Virus record (IMG/VR): IMGVR_UViG_3300026183_000930 | Span: 60,222 to 124,221 of that record | DNA length: 64,000 nucleotides | Reading direction: 5' to 3' (one strand) | DNA from: a virus | Shown here: positions 48,416 to 57,931 of the stretch, one piece after another | Layout: the number at the start of each line of letters is the position of its first letter | Numbering within the stretch: the first letter of the stretch is position 1 | Made by a program: the position numbers and the translations under genes | Notes under the pieces: generated by a model | The model's database searches: none | The model's input: the letters and a program-made list of their open reading frames with translations, nothing else | What the model was told of the DNA's origin: nothing

Positions 48416-49126
48416 TTAGTCACTTTGTGTTATATCTACATCAAAACTATCGCCATTAACTGTTAGGTCAACTGTGTTGTCGTAGATACCACTTTGAGTA
48501 ATATCAATTGTTCCACCTCCACCATCTACATCTAATGTGATAGTGTTTCCTGCTGAATCACCGTTGCCAGTTTGTGAAGTTGTTAGTGCAACACCTTCAT
48601 CTGAATTAGCACTGGTTGTGGCCAATGAAGAACTATTGTTAATGTCAACTGTTAGTGCGGCACTTTGACCATCAACTGTTGAATTTATAATACTGTTGTC
48701 ACCAGTAACTGTGAAAGCCACTGTTGAGCTGTCTGAGTCAGCAGTTTCACCTATACGTATTGTATAGTCGTTGCTGTCACCAGTATTAGTAATATTCAGT
48801 GTCACAGTGTCACAGTTTCCTGCTGATGTACTAGAACATAACAAGTCTACTGTGTTTGACCCACCGGTAAATGTCCAAGTACCTGTATATGTGTCACCTT
48901 TGATTGTTGCATCAATTGTGTTGTAACTACCAGTTTGTGTAATTGCAAACGTCATGCTGTCACCTTGCAGTGTAGCATCAGTTGTTGAATCACCAAATTC
49001 GTTATCTTGACCATCTTGTGTGATATCTAAATCTAAATCATCACCTATTTGATCAATGTAGATATCATTTGCTACCAATGATGTTCCAAACATTGATAAC
49101 AACAATATTAAAATTAATCTTTTCAT
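48416..49126 (-). CDS. Curlin-like (CsgA/CsgB-like) repeat protein
   Basis: Signal peptide; repeated I.Q.G..N units, D/T/S/G-rich. Confidence 0.7.
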   Translation of the reverse strand: MKRLILILLLSMFGTSLVANDIYIDQIGDDLDLDITQDGQDNEFGDSTTDATLQGDSMTFAITQTGSYNTIDATIKGDTYTGTWTFTGGSNTVDLLCSSTSAGNCDTVTLNITNTGDSNDYTIRIGETADSDSSTVAFTVTGDNSIINSTVDGQSAALTVDINNSSSLATTSANSDEGVALTTSQTGNGDSAGNTITLDVDGGGGTIDITQSGIYDNTVDLTVNGDSFDVDITQSD

Positions 49127-49962
49127 TTACTTTCCTCTCTTATGTTGACCTGGGGATTGTTAATCTGTGAATCAATTACAATTGCTTTGTAATTCCAAAG
49201 ACCTTTAGAATGTCCAAGTTCAACTAAATCGCAGACCGCCTGCTCTATTGCGGCTCTTACTGCATAATTAACTGGTTCATTAACTGCCGTACCTGCTTCT
49301 ACTTCAATTAGTTTAGTGCCTAGGTCTAAAAATTTAAACACATCAGCACCAGTAGAATAACTGGCAATGTCTTTTTGTGTAGCAACAGAAAGAAGTACTT
49401 CTCCTGTGCTTACTGAAACAATACGCATGGACACTGTTACTGTGTCAACACGATATTGAGTTTTGGCACCAATACCTAGGTATCGTGCACCAGAGCCGCC
49501 TGTGACCACATTTGAATCATAGCCTACCACGGCACCTTCTACAATTAAACCAGCAAAAAGTAAAGGTTTTAATTTTTTATCTTTTTCGTCTTCATACTGT
49601 TCTCTGGTTGAACGAATCAATTGTCGTTCTTTGACTAGATTGTCTAGTCCTCCTCTTTCAACAACTGTGAACCATGTGTTGTTGCCCACTTCTGACAGTG
49701 CTTGAATTACCCAAACTTCAGCACCTTGAGTTACAGCACTTGAAAGTTGTGAAAAGTTTTGACTTGGTTTACGTTGTCCTGTTTTGTCATTAAAACTGTA
49801 AACTGCTATTGTGATTTTTGGACCATCAAGTTCTGGTATTGCTTTGAACTGTTGTTGTAATGGTGCCACAGCAGTTTCTGGTGCTTTGAATCCGTTTACA
49901 CCGGCATGGCCGGCACATCCTGCCAAGGCTATCAATAATAACAAAGCAAATATCTGTCTCAT
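49123..49962 (-). CDS. csgG: Curli secretion channel CsgG
   Basis: LAGC lipobox, AVYSFNDKTGQRK, SSAVTQGA, VVERGGLDNLVKERQLIR, GGSGARYLGIG. Confidence 0.9.
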   Translation of the reverse strand: MRQIFALLLLIALAGCAGHAGVNGFKAPETAVAPLQQQFKAIPELDGPKITIAVYSFNDKTGQRKPSQNFSQLSSAVTQGAEVWVIQALSEVGNNTWFTVVERGGLDNLVKERQLIRSTREQYEDEKDKKLKPLLFAGLIVEGAVVGYDSNVVTGGSGARYLGIGAKTQYRVDTVTVSMRIVSVSTGEVLLSVATQKDIASYSTGADVFKFLDLGTKLIEVEAGTAVNEPVNYAVRAAIEQAVCDLVELGHSKGLWNYKAIVIDSQINNPQVNIREESK

Positions 49963-49963
49963 A

Positions 49964-50422
49964 TTAAAATCCAAAATCTCCTACTGGCACAGTAAGTGTT
50001 GTTATAGTACCATCTGCTTCTGTGATTCTAATTGATATTTCACCTAGGTCTACATCTTTTTCCCAATAAATGGTGGCACCTTCTATTTCAGCAGTGCCTG
50101 TGGTTTGTCCTCCTGATGAGAACATGTTGTCTACCAACTGTTTAGATAGGTTGGCATAGATTCTTGATTCCACATTGGCAATGAATTTGTTTATTACTTC
50201 ATTATTTTCATCACGTTCTGCGTCTCTGAGTTTCTTTTCTATGTCTTTACGTAATTCTTCTTTACGTTGAAATTGCAGTTGCTCTGTGGCTAACACATGA
50301 TTTGAATAGCCATTTCCTGAAAAACTAGGATTTGAAAATTCTTGTGTTAATTCGCTCGCCTGAATAGAACTCATAGAAGCAACAAACGTCACAAAAATGC
50401 TGTAATATATATATTTTTTCAT
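49964..50422 (-). CDS. csgF: Curli assembly factor CsgF-like
   Basis: Signal peptide then SELTQEFSNPSFSG; directly upstream of csgG. Confidence 0.78.
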   Translation of the reverse strand: MKKYIYYSIFVTFVASMSSIQASELTQEFSNPSFSGNGYSNHVLATEQLQFQRKEELRKDIEKKLRDAERDENNEVINKFIANVESRIYANLSKQLVDNMFSSGGQTTGTAEIEGATIYWEKDVDLGEISIRITEADGTITTLTVPVGDFGF

Positions 50423-50526
50423 AATTTTAATCTAAATAAATGTAGTTATAACTATTTAAGTTATGAAGATTAAGGTTATGTTTATACTTTATTTGAGAAG
50501 GTGTTTATTTTAGTTTTTTTTTGATG

Positions 50527-50602
50527 TGGTGGAGGATAGCGGGATCGAACCGCTGACCTCCTGAATGCAAATCAGGCGCTCTCCCGGCTGAGCTAATCCC
50601 CC
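50527..50602 (-). tRNA. tRNA-Ala(UGC)
   Basis: GGGGGATTAGCTCAG...TTTGCAT...GGTTCGATCC...CCACCA. Confidence 0.95.
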
Positions 50603-50606
50603 ACAT

Positions 50607-51158
50607 TTACCCAGAAATAATTGTTTTAACATCATTAAAACTATATTCTGCTGGAATGCTCCAACTAATAGAGCTTCTTGGTAATTTACTATTGCTATTT
50701 ACTAATACTTCATGTGGATATTCAGTATTAAACAGTACCGGATCAGTTAAGCAAAATCTATATACTTCTTTGATATCTTCTTTTTTGACAGGAAATGACC
50801 AGAAACCAGATCCTAGATCATCTATGATATCTTTGCGTTCTTTGTCAGTTAATTTTTTTATGAACTCATAAACCACTGTTTCACTGTCATTGCAGTTCCA
50901 TAACGGAATGTTTATTGTGCATTTTCTAGGATTGTCAACGTGTAACGGTAATGATTCAACCATGTCATAAAAATTATACAGTTCTCCTAAAAATGGATAT
51001 TTTTCCATTAGAAAAACCATGTATGGTTCTTTGTTTGCTGATCGTTGAAAATGCCCAAGTCCCTCTTCAATATCATTTTTGCGTCTGTGATATATCATTT
51101 GCATTTCATTGATATCACAAAAACTCTCATCTAATGTAAAAACATATTGGTTGTTCAT
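50607..51158 (-). CDS. Possible 2OG-Fe(II)/cupin-fold protein
   Basis: LPLHVD...INIP...PHEV...R. Confidence 0.5.
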   Translation of the reverse strand: MNNQYVFTLDESFCDINEMQMIYHRRKNDIEEGLGHFQRSANKEPYMVFLMEKYPFLGELYNFYDMVESLPLHVDNPRKCTINIPLWNCNDSETVVYEFIKKLTDKERKDIIDDLGSGFWSFPVKKEDIKEVYRFCLTDPVLFNTEYPHEVLVNSNSKLPRSSISWSIPAEYSFNDVKTIISG

Positions 51159-51177
51159 TTTAATATAACTCTAATAA

Positions 51178-51411
51178 TTATTTACTAAATTTACGCCAAG
51201 TAGTGTGTAAAATATAAAACCACACACCATTAATACAGGGTTCTACAAGAGCATTTAAAGCCGCAAGATTTAAAGTGGTACCAGTTATAAAATAAGTTGT
51301 GGTCATTGCTATAACAATATGACCAAATGTATAAATTAATGCCAATGTTAAAGACGACTTAGTCATTAACTTCTTAAAAGTATTGAAAATACCATTATTA
51401 AATTCACTCAT
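51178..51411 (-). CDS. Small membrane protein (DUF2061-like)
   Basis: YTFGHIVIA...ALVEP.ING.WFY.LH; preceded by TTGACA-N17-TATAAC at 51418-51446. Confidence 0.55.
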   Translation of the reverse strand: MSEFNNGIFNTFKKLMTKSSLTLALIYTFGHIVIAMTTTYFITGTTLNLAALNALVEPCINGVWFYILHTTWRKFSK

Positions 51412-51442
51412 TCTAATGTTATAACAAACTTTTATCTAGTTG

Positions 51443-52213
51443 TCAAGACAAAAAACTTGTGGGCTTGGTTGTGGAATAACCTAACTTTTCCAACAAACTT
51501 TTATCTAAATGCTTGTCTACTACATTAATCTGTTCTTGGGTCAAAGTTTTTATATTATTGGAGTCCCAATAATCTTGAATTTTTTTATTTCTTAATGATT
51601 CTGTCCAGTTTTCACTCAATGTGACATGAGCAGGAATAACCAAATGCGAATGTTTAATTATGTTCCATTTGTATACTTGACTTAAATCTTCTATGAACTG
51701 TAAACAGTTTTCTAAATCTAACAGTGTTTCATATTTTACTAGATTCCAATTTTTAATTTTTGGTTGAAGATTAATCCAATTGTTATAAAATTCATTGTAC
51801 AATTTTACCAATTCAACAAGATTAATTTTTTCAAGTTTCCAAGAATTATTCATGTTTTTCTTTGTCAAAGTGCTGAATTCTAATATGTGATCATGTGGAA
51901 GAGCATCTAAATCATACAGCACTTGAGGTCTACGTATTTTGATGTCTACAGGATTTCTTAAAATACTTTCAACCCATTTGTATGGATTTTTTGAAACCAA
52001 AATATGTGCGTGATTTTCTTTTTTTTGTTTTTTGTATAACTTGTAAACAAACTCAGTGTCAGGTTCATGTTTCCATGCATACTTGATCAAACTTTGATCT
52101 AGATTTAAACTTTGAAAATTGTTGATAACTAACTGGTGAGTAAAGTTAGTTCCAGTTCTTTGTAATCCAAACACAGTGAATGATTTGACCAACATAACAT
52201 AACTATTTAACAA
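51443..52213 (-). CDS. Sulfotransferase-like protein
   Basis: GLQRTGTN (PAPS 5'-loop-like), KNPYKWVES, VKYETL. Confidence 0.6.
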   Translation of the reverse strand: MLNSYVMLVKSFTVFGLQRTGTNFTHQLVINNFQSLNLDQSLIKYAWKHEPDTEFVYKLYKKQKKENHAHILVSKNPYKWVESILRNPVDIKIRRPQVLYDLDALPHDHILEFSTLTKKNMNNSWKLEKINLVELVKLYNEFYNNWINLQPKIKNWNLVKYETLLDLENCLQFIEDLSQVYKWNIIKHSHLVIPAHVTLSENWTESLRNKKIQDYWDSNNIKTLTQEQINVVDKHLDKSLLEKLGYSTTKPTSFLS

Positions 52214-52508
52214 TCCTTAAAGTCATGCCATCTAAAGCATCTGTTAATTGTATTTGGCAACTCAACCTACTGTTTTTGTTTCTGTCTTCACTGTCTAACA
52301 ATGCATCTTCATCTTCATCCATTTTGGGTAACAGATTCAAATACTGATCATCAATTTTGACATGACAAGTGGCACAGGCACAACAGCCTCCACACATCAT
52401 AAAGTTGTCTGGTGAAATTTCTTTTTTGATCACTGAAGCCAACGTTTCATATGATTGTGCTTCAATTACATGCTCTTTGTCGTCTCTGTCAATTACTGTT
52501 ATTTTCAT
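52203..52508 (-). CDS. 2Fe-2S ferredoxin (adrenodoxin/ISC type)
   Basis: CGGCCACATCH...SRLSCQI; promoter TTGACA-N17-TACATT at 52515-52543. Confidence 0.9.
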   Translation of the reverse strand: MKITVIDRDDKEHVIEAQSYETLASVIKKEISPDNFMMCGGCCACATCHVKIDDQYLNLLPKMDEDEDALLDSEDRNKNSRLSCQIQLTDALDGMTLRIVK

Positions 52509-52551
52509 AATGTTAATGTAAACTATAAATGTGATCTTGTCAACTGTTTTC

Positions 52552-52627
52552 TGGCTCCTCGGGCAGGACTCGAACCTGCGACCAATTGATTAACAGTCAA
52601 CTGCTCTACCAACTGAGCTACCGAGGA
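52552..52627 (-). tRNA. tRNA-Asn(GUU)
   Basis: TCCTCGGTAGCTCAGTTGG...CTGTTAA...GGTTCGAGTCC...GCCA. Confidence 0.95.
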
Positions 52628-52640
52628 ATATGCTCTAGAA

Positions 52641-52716
52641 TGGTGCCGGCAGAGAGATTCGAACTCCCGACCTGACGATTACAAATCGCCTGCTCTACCA
52701 ACTGAGCTACGCCGGC
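52641..52716 (-). tRNA. tRNA-Thr(UGU)
   Basis: GCCGGCGTAGCTCAG...TTTGTAA...AGTTCGAATCT...ACCA. Confidence 0.95.
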
Positions 52717-52737
52717 ATTAAAGTTATACTACTATAA

Positions 52738-53028
52738 CTATTCAGTTTTGTCAACTGAATCCTGTTCAGATTCTTTGTTGACTGTCATTGATGATTCCAT
52801 GTAATCTGCAACTACTGATATATTTTCTTTTGCTTTGGTAATTTTTGATGCTACCCAACCTTCAAGGTTGTCGCCTTTTTTAATCATTTCAATTAATTTG
52901 ATAGCATCTTTGGCAATGTGATATAACTGACCTCTAGCCATTGATGCCTCGTGATCATGCTGACCATAGTCACGATCTAATTCATAATGATTTTGTGTTG
53001 CTTGTTTCCATTTTCTAATATCGTCCAT
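52738..53028 (-). CDS. Phage hypothetical protein
   Basis: 96 aa; EASMARGQL...LEGWVASKIT. Confidence 0.55.
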   Translation of the reverse strand: MDDIRKWKQATQNHYELDRDYGQHDHEASMARGQLYHIAKDAIKLIEMIKKGDNLEGWVASKITKAKENISVVADYMESSMTVNKESEQDSVDKTE

Positions 53029-53210
53029 TATGCTTTCTCCTTGGCTTGTTTTGTTATAGTTGCAAAATATGCCTGCTCACCTCTCTCTGCTCCATATTGA
53101 TCAATGAAATTCTGTTTCATGTCTGTCTTATCATATTTTTTCTTAAGAGATTCACGTTTGTTGTATTCTGCTTTGGTAAGTTTTCGTTCAGTGATATCTT
53201 GAATTAACAT
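53028..53210 (-). CDS. Small late protein (MLIQDITE N-terminus)
   Basis: TAAATA-N5-ATG. Confidence 0.55.
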   Translation of the reverse strand: MLIQDITERKLTKAEYNKRESLKKKYDKTDMKQNFIDQYGAERGEQAYFATITKQAKEKA

Positions 53211-53214
53211 AGTA

Positions 53215-53475
53215 CTATTTATAGATGTCTTTTACTTTTTTAGTATATGCTAGAGTGTCACCACTGTGTCCCATTTTGTAAGGTTTCATTTTGAGTTTTT
53301 TACCGTGAAATATATGACCCATTGGATCTATAGCACGTCTGGCTGTGGCATGATGTGCCGCACCTTTTTGCCCTGTGAAAAGTGGCATGGCAATTGAAGC
53401 CATCACACCTGATGTTGTTGCACCAGCAGTTGCGTCTTCATTAATTTCTATATTAAATATTTCAGCTATTAACAT
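53215..53475 (-). CDS. Small late protein (MLIAEI N-terminus)
   Basis: TAAATA at 53495-53500 and AAGGA RBS. Confidence 0.55.
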   Translation of the reverse strand: MLIAEIFNIEINEDATAGATTSGVMASIAMPLFTGQKGAAHHATARRAIDPMGHIFHGKKLKMKPYKMGHSGDTLAYTKKVKDIYK

Positions 53476-53527
53476 AATGTATTCCTTACTAAAGTATTTA
53501 TCTTATGTTTTTAGTTTGAGTGTTTAA

Positions 53528-53845
53528 TTAAACTGAAATTTCTTTGTCTTTGTTGGTTTGAATCTGTTTTTCTAGTTCTTTTTGCTTTTTTTCGTTTTCA
53601 ATGTCTTGCATCATTTTAAGTAATTTTTCACCAACAGATTTAAATTCTTGATACTTTGGATCATTTAAAACTTTGTCACTTAAAAACTTGTCCATAAAAT
53701 CAAAATTCTGTGGTATTTCATTTGGCCATGCTTTGGTAGGAAAAGCACCTAAAGCCAATGCACCCATACCTGCCACAGCAGATTTTCCCATGGCTTTCAT
53801 AAAATTTCTTCTGTTGTTCTCTGTTGTGATTTCACTTATTCTCAT
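53528..53845 (-). CDS. Protein with twin-arginine-like signal
   Basis: MRISEITTE-NNRRNFMK followed by a hydrophobic stretch. Confidence 0.5.
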   Translation of the reverse strand: MRISEITTENNRRNFMKAMGKSAVAGMGALALGAFPTKAWPNEIPQNFDFMDKFLSDKVLNDPKYQEFKSVGEKLLKMMQDIENEKKQKELEKQIQTNKDKEISV

Positions 53846-54486
53846 GCTTCTAATCTTCTGTTTAGTTTGTTCCAGTCTATCAATTTTAGCACTGCTGTAA
53901 CATATTTAGCCTTGGCATCTTTGGCTGGTGTGTAGTCTGTGAAACTGTGTTCCCACATGTCTATTGGCATGAACACATCTGATCTGAAACTTTGATTTGG
54001 TGTGGTTTTAATTGTGCCTGTTTTGGTCAAGTATACCCAACCTGAACCTTGTATGGTCATGGCCGCTTCTACCAACTTGTCTGCTAAACCTTTTAGATCT
54101 CCGTAATTGGCAAACACTGTTTGTTTGATCGGACCATCTATTGTGCTTGATTCTTTGGCTGGTTTGAATTGTTGCCACCAAAGATTGTGCAACTTGGCAC
54201 CACCATAATTGAAATCTGCATCACCTTCTTTGTTGTTGTATCTGGTCACATAACCTCTGCTTAATACATCATAATGATAATCTACATTTTGTTTTGACAA
54301 CACTGGTTGTAATGCATCTAGGTTGTAAGGTAATTTTTCTAATTCCAATTGTTCTTCTTTGGCTTCTTTCATCATAGACATCATTGCTTCACGTCTGTTC
54401 TTTGCCAACTCTTGTTCCAAAGACATCACTGACTGTGCGGGTGTTTCGCCTATGCCTGCTAATTTTTTTAGATAGTCAAGATCCAT
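53842..54486 (-). CDS. Fe/Mn superoxide dismutase with N-terminal extension
   Basis: LPYNLDALQP, YH, LHNLWW, QGSGWVYL, IDMWEHS. Confidence 0.82.
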   Translation of the reverse strand: MDLDYLKKLAGIGETPAQSVMSLEQELAKNRREAMMSMMKEAKEEQLELEKLPYNLDALQPVLSKQNVDYHYDVLSRGYVTRYNNKEGDADFNYGGAKLHNLWWQQFKPAKESSTIDGPIKQTVFANYGDLKGLADKLVEAAMTIQGSGWVYLTKTGTIKTTPNQSFRSDVFMPIDMWEHSFTDYTPAKDAKAKYVTAVLKLIDWNKLNRRLEA

Positions 54487-56598
54487 TTAACGGACCTTGT
54501 TGAATGCTGTTTTCACTGCTCCAGCAGTTTGTGGATTTGATATTGCTTTTGAAAGTTTTGAAACATATGGTTCAACTGCTTTGATCTGTGTTGGTGTTAA
54601 ACGATCACCTTTTGCTATTGCATCAAATCCTTTTGCTGTCAATTGCGGTGACATAGTAGTGTCAACTGAAGGTTTAACTGAATTTAAACCTCTTGCAAGA
54701 TCCTGTGTGGCTTCTACTGGTTCTTCGTCTCTTGCTAATTTGTAACCCTGCTGTGCTCTGTCCATTGCATCATCTTCTATGCTTTTTCTAATGGCTTCAA
54801 TTCTTTTGCCTGTTTCACCTGTTCTTGCTTGAATTTCTTCATCTGACTTACCATCACCAATCAGTTTACTGATTAAATCATGTGTCATTTTAGCATAGTC
54901 TTCTTGCATCTGCATTGGTACTATGCCAGCCAGTTTTTGCATTCTGGCAATGTCATTGTCTTTGTTTCTGTTGGCAACATTTAACATGTTGTCATAATCA
55001 GTTTTTTTAATTGACTCATTTTCTACTTCAACACTAGTAACTGCTTTTTTTGAATCAGCTCTTCTTTGCTTGTTGGCATCATGTTTGATCTGTTTCAGCA
55101 CTTTGTTTTTGGCTCTTGGTGTTAACACGTCATGTTTGGCATCTCTACCTTTTTGTGTTGGCACATCATCTTGTTCTTTGAATGTTTTGCCATCTTTGAA
55201 ATCTACTTGATGTACGCCACCTTCTCTGTCTTGATACTCAATTGAAATTCCTTTTGGACCTGCACCTTGGCTTAGAATTTTGTAACCTTGGTCTTGAATA
55301 TAGTCAATAAAGTTTCTTGCTTCATCATCGAGATCTTCGTTAACATCTTCGTTGTATGGATCTTTGGCTTCTGTGCCACATTTCACACACTTTGAACCAT
55401 AATGGAATCCACTGTCTTCACCTTGATCAAGAGCATCTATGAGTGCGGCCTCACCTGCATCACCTGGTTTTTGATCGGGTCTGATCTCATCTTCATATTC
55501 ACGTTCCCAATCTTGAATGTACTTTTGTGCGTCCTGGGGACTCATTGAAAATTCATTTTCTGTGCCACATTTTTTGCAGTTCCATGTGTATCCATACACA
55601 TTATTAGAATCTTCTTTGATGCCTTTAATGTTTGCTGTGGCGGCTTTGAATTGTTGATACAATGTTTTGATCTTGGGTGCAAACTTTTTATCCACTAACA
55701 CAGCATCACCTTGTCCTGCAAACCCACCTGGTTGTGCTTGGCTAACTGCTGTAGACACAGTGTCAATAAAGTCCTCATAAAAATCGTAACCTGGAATACC
55801 GGACATATCCAAATATTGAAGAACATCACCATATGAGAACATATCGTCCTCTGAAACTTCTTCACCAGCCATTATGGTTTGATAAATGTCTTTCATGTTC
55901 CACAGTGCGGCATTCACCAATGCTGGGTGATCTTCACCTTCGTTATGATTGTAAGGGTTATCATCAATACCTGTGGCTCTTCGGGTCTTGCCTTTTTTGC
56001 CATATCCCACAGTGCCTGTGCTCATGTTATTTTCTTCAACTAAACCTAAATCATCAAGTCTATTTGCAATCCATTCATCTGGCATACCTGTTCTTGCCTT
56101 CATAACACCATATGGCATTTCACCTGAATCCATATAGTAGCCAAATAATTCTTCATATGCTAGTGTGCCAAGTTCTATGTCATCTGCTTTTGTTATACCA
56201 TGCTTGTCTAGTATTGCTTTGACTTCTTTGTATTCTGAATCCATTGTTTCGTTGATGCCTAATTCTTTTGCCACTGCTGATCTGTCCAAATCAAAAGTGT
56301 GTACTTTGACACCATCTGCTGTTTTTTCTGGATATGCTCTTAAATTTTTTGCTTTGATTATATCAACAATCTTTTTGATATCTGCATTTTTAAAAATGTG
56401 ATATGTTGGTTCTGATTGCCCTTGATACCCACTAGCCTCTTCTACTTTGCTTTTGTGTTTTTGATACCCTTTTTTGACTTCTTTTTTCTTGTCAATTTCA
56501 GTTTTTGCTTTAAACTGTGGATTTGCTCGTAACTCTTGTGCTATAGGATTACGATTTTTAATCTCTTTTTTGTTTTCAAATAAATCTGTCAAGTTCAT
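54487..56598 (-). CDS. Large modular acidic late protein (putative head/internal protein)
   Basis: 703 aa; MNLTDLFE start, CKKC/CVKC Zn-ribbon pair, RMQKLAGI; TAAATA-N5-ATG. Confidence 0.6.
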   Translation of the reverse strand: MNLTDLFENKKEIKNRNPIAQELRANPQFKAKTEIDKKKEVKKGYQKHKSKVEEASGYQGQSEPTYHIFKNADIKKIVDIIKAKNLRAYPEKTADGVKVHTFDLDRSAVAKELGINETMDSEYKEVKAILDKHGITKADDIELGTLAYEELFGYYMDSGEMPYGVMKARTGMPDEWIANRLDDLGLVEENNMSTGTVGYGKKGKTRRATGIDDNPYNHNEGEDHPALVNAALWNMKDIYQTIMAGEEVSEDDMFSYGDVLQYLDMSGIPGYDFYEDFIDTVSTAVSQAQPGGFAGQGDAVLVDKKFAPKIKTLYQQFKAATANIKGIKEDSNNVYGYTWNCKKCGTENEFSMSPQDAQKYIQDWEREYEDEIRPDQKPGDAGEAALIDALDQGEDSGFHYGSKCVKCGTEAKDPYNEDVNEDLDDEARNFIDYIQDQGYKILSQGAGPKGISIEYQDREGGVHQVDFKDGKTFKEQDDVPTQKGRDAKHDVLTPRAKNKVLKQIKHDANKQRRADSKKAVTSVEVENESIKKTDYDNMLNVANRNKDNDIARMQKLAGIVPMQMQEDYAKMTHDLISKLIGDGKSDEEIQARTGETGKRIEAIRKSIEDDAMDRAQQGYKLARDEEPVEATQDLARGLNSVKPSVDTTMSPQLTAKGFDAIAKGDRLTPTQIKAVEPYVSKLSKAISNPQTAGAVKTAFNKVR

Positions 56599-56610
56599 AA
56601 TAATATTTAC

Positions 56611-57099
56611 CTAATTTGCCCAAACATGTGTAGCACCATTTTGTTTGCCTGTTCTAGCAATTTGATTCATCTGTTTAATAACTCTGTTGAAATAACCTTC
56701 TGGTCTACCGCCACTAATAAATGTAGCACCACCTGGATTTTTCTCAATCTGAGATGGTTCTTCTGGGGACTGTTTTCCAATATGCTTTTGCAACCATTGT
56801 GTAGTTCTTGCAATAAATTCATCTATTGGAAAAGGTGGAGCATCTTCTAAATCTGTTGGATATCCTAATGTACTCATTACTTGTCTCATGCTGGCATTTG
56901 CTAGTGTTAAATCTAGTTCTGGTTTGTAGTTAGGATTTTTAGGTGGTTCTTCATCACCATACATGTACTTGTCGCTGTTTTTGTAAAAATCTTCACCGTA
57001 TTGATCACCCGAATCTGTGTCAGAAGTCCAATACCCCTTCTGTTTATGTTTGTGACCTGCGGTAAACGACATTGACTCTAATAATTCTGAATATCTCAT
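56611..57099 (-). CDS. Late hypothetical protein (MRYSELLE)
   Basis: TAAATA-N5-ATG. Confidence 0.6.
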   Translation of the reverse strand: MRYSELLESMSFTAGHKHKQKGYWTSDTDSGDQYGEDFYKNSDKYMYGDEEPPKNPNYKPELDLTLANASMRQVMSTLGYPTDLEDAPPFPIDEFIARTTQWLQKHIGKQSPEEPSQIEKNPGGATFISGGRPEGYFNRVIKQMNQIARTGKQNGATHVWAN

Positions 57100-57121
57100 A
57101 AAAGTATTTATTAATTAAAAG

Positions 57122-57427
57122 TTATTTTTTAGGACTTGTAGATACTCTTATAGGCTTATTGCCTTGTCCTTTTTGCGTTTTTCCACCTCGTCCTGCTTTA
57201 TTTTGAGCCGCACGTTTTCTTCTTGTTGCAGATTGTTTTTCTTTTTTGCTCATGCTAGATGCTTTGTTGGCTGGTACACATTTAGCATATCCTTTTTTAT
57301 CACCGCTTGTACCACATTCAGGATGACTGCCATCTTTGTTTTTTTTGCCAATGTTTACCCATTTCTGTTTAAACCATTTACGCAGTCCGCCTTTGTATTC
57401 TTCATTTAAAATTTCATTTATCAACAT
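57122..57427 (-). CDS. Basic hypothetical protein (MLINEILNE)
   Basis: Start reassigned to the ATG at 57427; GLRKWFKQKWVNI...CG...KCVP. Confidence 0.55.
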   Translation of the reverse strand: MLINEILNEEYKGGLRKWFKQKWVNIGKKNKDGSHPECGTSGDKKGYAKCVPANKASSMSKKEKQSATRRKRAAQNKAGRGGKTQKGQGNKPIRVSTSPKK

Positions 57428-57437
57428 AACTCTAATT

Positions 57438-57641
57438 CTATTGCATTGTTGGTTTGCCAAAAAGTAATTTAACAGTTATTGTGGCATCATCATTGATTTC
57501 GTAAGTCATCATGCCATCTGTTTGATTAGGGTTAATAAAACCTTCATCATGCAAATAATTTGCCAGTGCTTGTATCACTTGATCTACATTAAGATTAATA
57601 ACTTTATCGTCAGTACTTGATGTAGTTTCTTTGTTATCCAT
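57438..57641 (-). CDS. Hypothetical protein
   Basis: 67 aa ORF. Confidence 0.45.
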   Translation of the reverse strand: MDNKETTSSTDDKVINLNVDQVIQALANYLHDEGFINPNQTDGMMTYEINDDATITVKLLFGKPTMQ

Positions 57642-57643
57642 TT

Positions 57644-57931
57644 TTATTTTTCCTTACTATTTGGTTCAGTAATTTCTAATACCAAATCTGTTTTGCCTTT
57701 AATGATTCTATGATATTGCTCTGCTTCAATTGTAAAAGTATCATTTTTAAAAATTTCTTTTGGTAAAGAATCTTCTAACTGAACTTTCCATCCTGTGCCT
57801 TCAAGCACTTTAATTATTCGTGTGTTGTGATCTTGATGCCAAACTAATTCGTTAGCATCTACAGAACTTTCAAAAACACGTCTAATTATTCCTTTTGCCA
57901 GTGAAGTCTGTGAGTAAGGCTTTACCACCAC
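57644..57931 (-). CDS. Small cupin-like protein
   Basis: ELVWHQD...YHRIIKG. Confidence 0.5.
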   Translation of the reverse strand: MVVKPYSQTSLAKGIIRRVFESSVDANELVWHQDHNTRIIKVLEGTGWKVQLEDSLPKEIFKNDTFTIEAEQYHRIIKGKTDLVLEITEPNSKEK

